In this document: one piece after another, positions 49,293 to 55,517 of the stretch
Layout of the letters: each line of letters opens with the position of its first letter
Position numbering within the stretch: the stretch's first letter is position 1
Assembly (NCBI GenBank): GCA_016223015.1
Contig: JACRPV010000033.1
Span: forward strand, 1-55,517
Direction: 5' to 3'
Length of the DNA: 55,517 bases
From: Geobacter sp.
Lineage (GTDB): Bacteria; Desulfobacterota; Desulfuromonadia; Geobacterales; DSM-12255
The notes under the pieces: generated by a model
What the model was told of the DNA's origin: nothing
The model's database searches: none
Seen by the model: only the letters and a program-made list of their open reading frames with translations
Translations under genes and position numbers: made by a program

Positions 49293-50912
49293 TCAGAAGA
49301 GCGTGGCGGGGTCAAGGACGAAGATAATCTCGCCGTCCCCGAGGATTGCCCCTCCGGAAATCCCGCGCAGCCTGTTCAACGGCCTGCCGACCGGTTTCAC
49401 ATGTACCTCTTTTTGCCCCAACACCCGGTCAACGGCGACACCGATCCGCCGCCCCTTGATTTCGGCTACGATTACCGGCAACAGCTCCAGCCCGGTGGCG
49501 GACAAGGGAACCCCCAGCAGCCTGTTGAGGTTGACGAGCGGGATTTCCTCGTCATCCATGGAAAACGATACGCGGCGCTCTTTCACCACCACCTGGCCGC
49601 GGGACAGTTCGAGAGTTCTCAGAACGCTGGTGACCGGCACCGCTACCTTCAGATGGCCGGCAACGATCTGGAGCACATTGATTATGGCGATGGTGAGCGG
49701 GAGGCGAAGACTGATCCTGCTTCCCCTGCCCAGCTCGGAATCGATCAGAAGATCGCCTCCGAGAGCCTGTATCGTGGCCCGCACGGCATCCATGCCCACT
49801 CCGCGCCCCGATACATCCGTAACCTCGCGGGCCGTTGAGAAGCCGGGCAGCGTCGTCAGCAAATAGGCTTCTCGCGGAGTCATCCGCATCCCCTCTTCCG
49901 GGGAAATGAGCGATTTCCCTACTGCCACCGCGATCAACTGTTCAGGGTCCATGCCACGACCATCGTCTTCAACGGCAATGACCACCTGATCCTTTTCACG
50001 CCAGGCAGAAAGTCGGATTCTCCCCGTTTTCGACTTTCCGGAGACGAGGCGATCTTGTGGTGGCTCCAGGCCATGATCCACCGCATTCCTCAGGATATGG
50101 ACCAGGGGATCAGCAAGCTCTTCCAAAATGCCCCGATCGAGCTCGATATCCCTGCCATCTATGGCGAGCGCGACCTCCTTGCCGTTTTTCAGGGCAAGTT
50201 CCCTGACCAGCCGGGGGAAGCGCTCCGCCAACAGCGAGAATGGCATGAGCCTCACCTTCATCACCATCTGGTGCAGTTCACGTAGCAGGCGAGCCAGATC
50301 GTTCAGCCCTTCGGCGATGCCCTGGCCGTGCAACTGCCGATGCGCATCGAGAAGCCGGTGCTTTGTGGTAAAAAGCTCACCGGTGGTATCGATCAGTCGA
50401 TCCAGGATTTCGGTCCGCACCCGGACCGTCTGGATGGATTCCCGGCTCGAAGGCGCCAACGGAGCGGGATGCGGGAGATCAGAGCGAACTGTTTCGGCCG
50501 GGGACGGGATGTTCGGCTGGACGGTAACGGCCTCCTGCGGCAAAAAGGTGATCAATCGCTGGATCAGAGGAGAGGTATTGCGTGAAAATGGTCGCTCCCC
50601 GGCAACATCATCAAGGAGTGTCGCCAGGAGGTCAGCCCCCTCCAGGAGGAGAGATGCCACATCTTGGGCAAAGGAGAACTCCCCTTCCCGTACCCGGCAG
50701 AGCAGATCCTCCATCTTGTGGGCAAGTTCCGCAATGGGATCGTATCCCATGGACGCGGCCATTCCCTTGAGGGAGTGTGCGGCCCTGAAAAGGGCATTGA
50801 TCTTTTCCTGATCGCCGGGAGCCTGTTCCAGACAGAGGATCAACTCGTTCAGACGACCCACATGCTCCCGCGATTCCGCCAGGAACAGATCCCGGTACTG
50901 TGACATATCCAT
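49293..50912 (-). CDS. cheA: Chemosensory kinase CheA (DifE-like, no P2 domain)
   Basis: Hpt LFRAAHSLKG, RNAVDHG, DDGRG, SGRGVGMD, C-terminal CheW-like domain. Confidence 0.95.
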   Translation of the reverse strand: MDMSQYRDLFLAESREHVGRLNELILCLEQAPGDQEKINALFRAAHSLKGMAASMGYDPIAELAHKMEDLLCRVREGEFSFAQDVASLLLEGADLLATLLDDVAGERPFSRNTSPLIQRLITFLPQEAVTVQPNIPSPAETVRSDLPHPAPLAPSSRESIQTVRVRTEILDRLIDTTGELFTTKHRLLDAHRQLHGQGIAEGLNDLARLLRELHQMVMKVRLMPFSLLAERFPRLVRELALKNGKEVALAIDGRDIELDRGILEELADPLVHILRNAVDHGLEPPQDRLVSGKSKTGRIRLSAWREKDQVVIAVEDDGRGMDPEQLIAVAVGKSLISPEEGMRMTPREAYLLTTLPGFSTAREVTDVSGRGVGMDAVRATIQALGGDLLIDSELGRGSRISLRLPLTIAIINVLQIVAGHLKVAVPVTSVLRTLELSRGQVVVKERRVSFSMDDEEIPLVNLNRLLGVPLSATGLELLPVIVAEIKGRRIGVAVDRVLGQKEVHVKPVGRPLNRLRGISGGAILGDGEIIFVLDPATLF

Positions 50913-50913
50913 G

Positions 50914-51393
50914 TCAGGTAGCTTCTCTCCTGCGGCTGTCTCCCCTGTCGCCATTGGGGGAGTGGATAATCACCTGCAGTTCCGCATCCAGTTTTTCAAC
51001 AAGGTCCAGGGCCGACAGCAGCGGCACCTCTCCATCATGAATGGTCAGGAGCTGCTTTATGTGCACCTCTTCCCCTTCACGCTCGGACAGCACCTCTGCT
51101 ACGGGAATAATACGCTCCACCTCATCCACCCAAAGCGCAAGATCGGCAATACGCCGGTCGAGCACCAGCACTTTTCCCCCCTCACGACTGCTCTCAAGCC
51201 CCAGGTAGCCTCCCAGGTCGAGCAGCGACACCAGTCTGCCATGACAGTTCATCACCCCTTTGAAGGATGGGGGGGCAAGAGGAACCGGGTAGACAGCAGG
51301 GAGTTCGGTCACCTCGGCGACTTCCGCAAGATCGAAGGCACAGCGTCTCCCGGCCAGGCGAAACAGGACCAAACGGCCAGGAACACCCGTCAT
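50914..51393 (-). CDS. cheW: CheW-like coupling protein
   Basis: [35 protein letters not shown] overlap with the MCP stop. Confidence 0.88.
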   Translation of the reverse strand: MTGVPGRLVLFRLAGRRCAFDLAEVAEVTELPAVYPVPLAPPSFKGVMNCHGRLVSLLDLGGYLGLESSREGGKVLVLDRRIADLALWVDEVERIIPVAEVLSEREGEEVHIKQLLTIHDGEVPLLSALDLVEKLDAELQVIIHSPNGDRGDSRRREAT

Positions 51394-52661
51394 GGGTTGG
51401 CACCCGCCACCCGGAAACGCTCGACGCAACGCATCAACTCATCGGACATTCGTGCCAGATCCTGTGCCGCCAGCGCCATCTCCTGCATGGCTGCGGACTG
51501 CTCTTCGGTTGCCGCGGAAACCTCTTCGGTGGATGCTGCATTATCTTCGGCCACCTTGGCTATCTCGTCCACCATCCGGACCATCTTTTCCGCTCCTTCC
51601 GTCTGCATGTGGGAAAGGTCGGCAATACTGTTGGCCCTCCGTTCGGTTTCAATGACCGTGGTGAGAATCTCACGGAATGCAGAGGCCGTGATGTCGATAT
51701 TCTTCTTCCCCTCGCCGATGGAGCGAGAGCTTTCCGTAATTGTTTCGTACACCCGCTGGCCATCTTCCTTGATCGCCCCGATCAGCTCAACGATCTCCGC
51801 CGCAGACGTACCGGTCCCATCGGCGAGTTTTCGGACCTCTTCGGCAACGACAGCGAATCCCTTGCCATATTCACCGGCCCTGGCAGCCTCAATGGACGCA
51901 TTAAGCGCCAGCAGGTTGGTCTGGCGGGCAATCTCGACAATGATGTCGGCAATCTTTCCGACATGCTGGAGTTTCCTGTTCAGGTCAAGGAACAGGCGCC
52001 CGGAAAGCTCGACCGAATCATAGAACCCCTTCATCCGGTCCAGCGAATCATTGGCCAGCTCTCCGCCTCGCTGTGCGGTCACACTGGTCTGGCGGGCCGC
52101 CTTGGCCGACTCTTTCGCCCGTTTCGCCACCAGTTCTACGGAAATGGCCATCTCATGGATCACCTTCGACCCCCTGGTCACCATCTCCGCCTGGGTCTCG
52201 GCACCACGGGATATCTGTTCGACAGCCTGGGCAACCTCTTCAGTGGAGGCATTGATCTCCAGCGCCGACGACGAAAGGGTCCGGGCCGCCTCTGAGACCC
52301 TCCCCGAAGTTTCACGGATCTGCCGGACCAGGATACGGAGGTTCTCGGCCATTACATTGATGGATTCGGCAAGACTGTGGGTCTCATCAGGGAAATGGGA
52401 GCCGCCAAGGGCAATATCCCGGGTCAGGTCCCCACCGCTGATTGCCTCGGTAGAGGATGTCAGGATGGCGATATTCCGGCTTACCCGACGAGAAAAGAAC
52501 CAACCGAGGATGAGGCCGATGGTAATGGCCAGCACATAGGTCAGGATCGTGGTAATCTCAGGGGCATAGCCGAGCAGCCGTATCAGGTCGGGGACAAACG
52601 CCACCACCGCCACTACCACGATACAGCCAAGGATGAATTTATATCCTATCGGGATTTGCAT
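51390..52661 (-). CDS. Methyl-accepting chemotaxis protein (DifA-like)
   Basis: Two TMs with no periplasmic domain, [38 protein letters not shown]. Confidence 0.95.
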   Translation of the reverse strand: MQIPIGYKFILGCIVVVAVVAFVPDLIRLLGYAPEITTILTYVLAITIGLILGWFFSRRVSRNIAILTSSTEAISGGDLTRDIALGGSHFPDETHSLAESINVMAENLRILVRQIRETSGRVSEAARTLSSSALEINASTEEVAQAVEQISRGAETQAEMVTRGSKVIHEMAISVELVAKRAKESAKAARQTSVTAQRGGELANDSLDRMKGFYDSVELSGRLFLDLNRKLQHVGKIADIIVEIARQTNLLALNASIEAARAGEYGKGFAVVAEEVRKLADGTGTSAAEIVELIGAIKEDGQRVYETITESSRSIGEGKKNIDITASAFREILTTVIETERRANSIADLSHMQTEGAEKMVRMVDEIAKVAEDNAASTEEVSAATEEQSAAMQEMALAAQDLARMSDELMRCVERFRVAGANP

Positions 52662-52731
52662 CTACCTTCCCTCCTCCTCTCCAGTGCCCGGAAACAGGGC
52701 AATGCCAGCGCCGCACGGCTTGCCGCACTGT

Positions 52732-53595
52732 TCAGCAGAGTGCCCGGTATATCCTTTCGACAGGACAGACCGTCTGAAATTTCTTCCGCGCATCCCCCAC
52801 CAATGTTTCCGATTTGCCCAGAACCAGGAATCCTCTGCCGGCAAGCGATGCGGCAAATCCCTCAAGTATCCGCTCCTGCCGGCTACGTTCGAAATAGATC
52901 AGGACATTTCTGCAGAAAATAAGGTCGCACGCAGGGAAGTCCCTGCTGTTGAACAGGTCGCCACGGGAAAAGGTCACCATGCCACGGATTTCGGGGGACA
53001 ACTCATATTTACCATGTATCGGCTTGAAATAACGATTCAGGAGTCCCTGATCCACTTCGACAAGCCTCTCAGTTCCGTACACCCCCTTGCGGGCAGCATC
53101 AAGGATCTCCTGATTGATGTCCGAAGCAATGATCCTGACCAGATTGTGCTCAGAGTGGGCGCTAAAATGTTCTTTCAACAGGAGGGCCACGGAATATGGT
53201 TCTTCACCGCTTGAGCACCCCACACTCCAGACGGTAAAGCCCGCCTTACCCGTTTCAGCCGCCTGGGCGAAGAGGGCAGGGAGAATCTCCTCCTGCAGCT
53301 TGCGAAACATGGAGGGGTTGCGAAAAAAATGACTCACATGGATGGTAAGAACCTTATGGAGGAGTGCCAGCTCACGCCCATCCCGCTCAAGCAGGCGGTA
53401 ATACGCTGCGGCACTGGCACTATGGGTCGCGCGGACGCGGATGTTGATCCGCCGTTTGATACATTTGTCCTTGTAACCGTCCAGCAGGAAGCCAGTTCGC
53501 TCTGCAAGGAGCTGCCGGATAAGCTCCAGATCCTCAGCAGGGATATCCGGTATGACAGCATCCATGACTCGTCCGCTTCCCTCGCTGGACATCAC
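52732..53595 (-). CDS. cheR: Chemoreceptor methyltransferase CheR
   Basis: SHFFRN, WSVGCSSGEEPYS, DLIFCRNVLIYF, LVLGKSE. Confidence 0.95.
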   Translation of the reverse strand: MMSSEGSGRVMDAVIPDIPAEDLELIRQLLAERTGFLLDGYKDKCIKRRINIRVRATHSASAAAYYRLLERDGRELALLHKVLTIHVSHFFRNPSMFRKLQEEILPALFAQAAETGKAGFTVWSVGCSSGEEPYSVALLLKEHFSAHSEHNLVRIIASDINQEILDAARKGVYGTERLVEVDQGLLNRYFKPIHGKYELSPEIRGMVTFSRGDLFNSRDFPACDLIFCRNVLIYFERSRQERILEGFAASLAGRGFLVLGKSETLVGDARKKFQTVCPVERIYRALC

Positions 53596-53724
53596 TCACC
53601 CTTGGCTGAAAAAATGGGGATATACCGACTCAAGTCTGCCCCGGAGAACATTCGGCATTGCGGTTATGGTCTGCGGAAGGACGAGGGCACCCCCAGGAGT
53701 TTGAGAGCGCACCGGCAGGGACTT

Positions 53725-54705
53725 TCAGAAGTGGCTGAATCCCAGACCCGCGGGCTGGTAAGAAGAGCCATCCGGAGCCGTGACATGCAGCCCGGCCTCT
53801 TCGGTCACCTCTCCGATCACGGCACAGCCGGTTCCTCTTGCAGACAACAATTGCCGTGCCTGCGGCAGGTACTGCCGCGGCAGCGAAAAAAGGAGTTCGT
53901 AATCCTCTCCGCCGGCCAGGGCCAATTGTATCGGCTCAGACACCAGTCTGCCCGCCTCGGCCGAAAAATATTCGGAGAGCGGAAGACGGTCAAGAAAGAC
54001 CTTCGCTCCCACACCCGAACATTCAAGGATATGGCCGAGATCGGCAAGAAGCCCGTCGCTTACGTCGATCATGGCCGTGGGGAGCCCTGCCTCGGCAAGC
54101 ATAAGCCCCTCATTGCAGCGGGGGGAGGGTTCCAGGTGGCGACTGATGGCAGGGGTTTCCCGCAAGCCGGCTCTCAGCTCGGCAAGACCCAGGGCAGAGT
54201 CGCCAAGAAATCCGGTCACGCATACCAGATCGCCGGGCCGGGCTCCCTGACGGTAGACCACCCGCTCCGGAAGCTGTTCTCCCACAAGGGTTATGCTGAT
54301 GACCAGCCCGCTCCGGGAAGCGCACGTATCGCCGCCGACAAGGGAAACGGCATGACATGAAGCCATGTCCAGAAGACCGCCGATGAACGGGTCGAGAAAC
54401 TCCAGCGACACCGACGGCGGAATTGCCAGCGACAGGAGAAAGTGGCGCGACCGCCCACCCATAGCCGCCATATCGGAGAGATTGACCGCCAGGGACTTGC
54501 GCCCCAACGCTTCCGGGCTGGTGAACGTCAGGTCAAAATGCACCCCCTCCAGCAGCATGTCGGAGGTCAAGAGCTGGACGGTCCCCGGGCTCGGCTCCAC
54601 AGCCGCGGCATCATCGCCGATACCGCGAATTATCCCTGTGCCGGCTGCAACCCTGCCGGCGATACGGTCAATGAGCCCGAATTCACCGAGTGAACGAAGG
54701 TTCAA
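53725..54705 (-). CDS. thiL: Thiamine-phosphate kinase
   Basis: GEFGLI, GIGDDAA, NLSDMAAMGG, IDVSDGL, GGEDYEL. Confidence 0.97.
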   Translation of the reverse strand: MNLRSLGEFGLIDRIAGRVAAGTGIIRGIGDDAAAVEPSPGTVQLLTSDMLLEGVHFDLTFTSPEALGRKSLAVNLSDMAAMGGRSRHFLLSLAIPPSVSLEFLDPFIGGLLDMASCHAVSLVGGDTCASRSGLVISITLVGEQLPERVVYRQGARPGDLVCVTGFLGDSALGLAELRAGLRETPAISRHLEPSPRCNEGLMLAEAGLPTAMIDVSDGLLADLGHILECSGVGAKVFLDRLPLSEYFSAEAGRLVSEPIQLALAGGEDYELLFSLPRQYLPQARQLLSARGTGCAVIGEVTEEAGLHVTAPDGSSYQPAGLGFSHF

Positions 54706-55517
54706 GCCGTGGCCCTCGGGGCCTTGGCAGTCACTCTGCGGGCACCGCTCTTGGCGGGCGCCGATGCCTTTGAAGCCCCCCGGGGAGGCGGCGGATAGGT
54801 TTCAAGGGCGACCTTGAGGACATCGTCGATCTGCTTTGCCGTGACGATCTCGACCTTCTTGAGGATATTCTTGGGAACATCCTCAAGGTCCTTCTTGTTC
54901 TGCTCGGGGATGATGATGGTCGTAATGCCGGCCCTGACAGCAGCGAGGATCTTTTCCTTGAGCCCGCCAATGGGGAGAACCTTGCCCCGCAGGGTAATCT
55001 CGCCGGTCATTGCCACATCCTTGCGCACGGGGATCTTGGTGAGAGCCGAGACCAGCGCCGTGGCCATGGTAATGCCGGCCGAGGGGCCGTCCTTCGGGAT
55101 CGCCCCTGCCGGGACATGGACATGGATCTCCACGTTATGAAAGAAATCCTCCGAAAGATTCAGCTCTTTTTCCTTGGCTCGAATCCAGGAAAGGGCGGCC
55201 TGAACCGATTCCTTCATCACGTCGCCCAACTGGCCGGTGAGCGTGAGCCCGCCTTTGCCGGCCATGATGGTCGCCTCGACAAGGAGGACCTCCCCGCCGA
55301 CCGGCGTCCAGGCCAGACCGGTCACAAGCCCGACCTCGTTCTTTTCCATCTCTTCCTCGCGGAGGAATTTTGCCGGTCCCAGATACTTGGCAACGGTCGA
55401 GGCATTCACCGCAAAGTGCCGCTTCTCTCCTTCGGCAACCTTGCGCGCGACCTTCCTGCAGATAGTGCCGATTTCTCTCTCCAGGTTGCGCAGACCGGCC
55501 TCGCGGGTGTACTTGGC
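54702..55517 (-). CDS. lon: Lon protease, 3' part (runs off the window)
   Basis: GLAWT, PKDGPSAG (catalytic Ser), GGLKEK. The frame is open to the window end (YTREAGLRNLEREIG). Confidence 0.96.
   Translation of the reverse strand, partial: AKYTREAGLRNLEREIGTICRKVARKVAEGEKRHFAVNASTVAKYLGPAKFLREEEMEKNEVGLVTGLAWTPVGGEVLLVEATIMAGKGGLTLTGQLGDVMKESVQAALSWIRAKEKELNLSEDFFHNVEIHVHVPAGAIPKDGPSAGITMATALVSALTKIPVRKDVAMTGEITLRGKVLPIGGLKEKILAAVRAGITTIIIPEQNKKDLEDVPKNILKKVEIVTAKQIDDVLKVALETYPPPPRGASKASAPAKSGARRVTAKAPRATA

Noticed and set aside
48330-49838. Long plus-strand ORF (502 aa) and similar antisense ORFs (2652..3665, 13962..14816, 33904..34821, 50911..52023, 53329..54360)
   Set aside because: They are shadows of well-supported minus-strand genes in GC-rich DNA and show no motifs.
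1-55517. CRISPR arrays, tRNA/rRNA genes, IS elements, prophage or defence genes
   Set aside because: No spaced repeats, cloverleafs, or transposase, phage or defence-like ORFs were recognised, and intergenic gaps are short.

Overview
Chromosomal segment of a Geobacteraceae-like deltaproteobacterium (Desulfobacterota), inferred from gene content, gene order and protein sequence character. From left to right it holds: a minus-strand flagellar basal-body/hook operon (flgBC-fliEFGHIJ-MotE-like-fliK-flgD-TIGR02530-flgE) preceded by a large AMIN/TPR protein; a hemerythrin/mini-ORF/cheY/cheX/CheC-REC block behind a near-consensus sigma-28 promoter; a PAS kinase and an MCP; an ArsR-capped TolC-MFP-RND operon with rhodanese, DUF2892, C-GCAxxG-C-C and MBL genes; DUF2062, PiT/DUF47, uppP and radC; an ECF Ni/Co transporter lacking its S component; a Cache-PAS-GGDEF-EAL protein; an AT-rich pseudopilin/zinc-ribbon islet; dodecin, Nudix, RluA, ttcA, dksA, rimO, yajQ and two lolA paralogues; a reduced Dif-like chemosensory cluster; thiL and the 3' end of lon. 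No rRNA, tRNA, CRISPR or IS element was seen. At least four genes (flgE, RND, DUF2062, GGDEF-EAL) carry clean internal deletions and several conserved residues look substituted, so local assembly errors are likely and gene absences should be read with caution. The most interesting signals are a structured RNA-like twin hairpin between an RNase-fold-like flagellar protein and flgE, an 82-aa stand-alone degenerate chemoreceptor-tip protein next to hemerythrin, and a putative reactive-sulfur RND operon.
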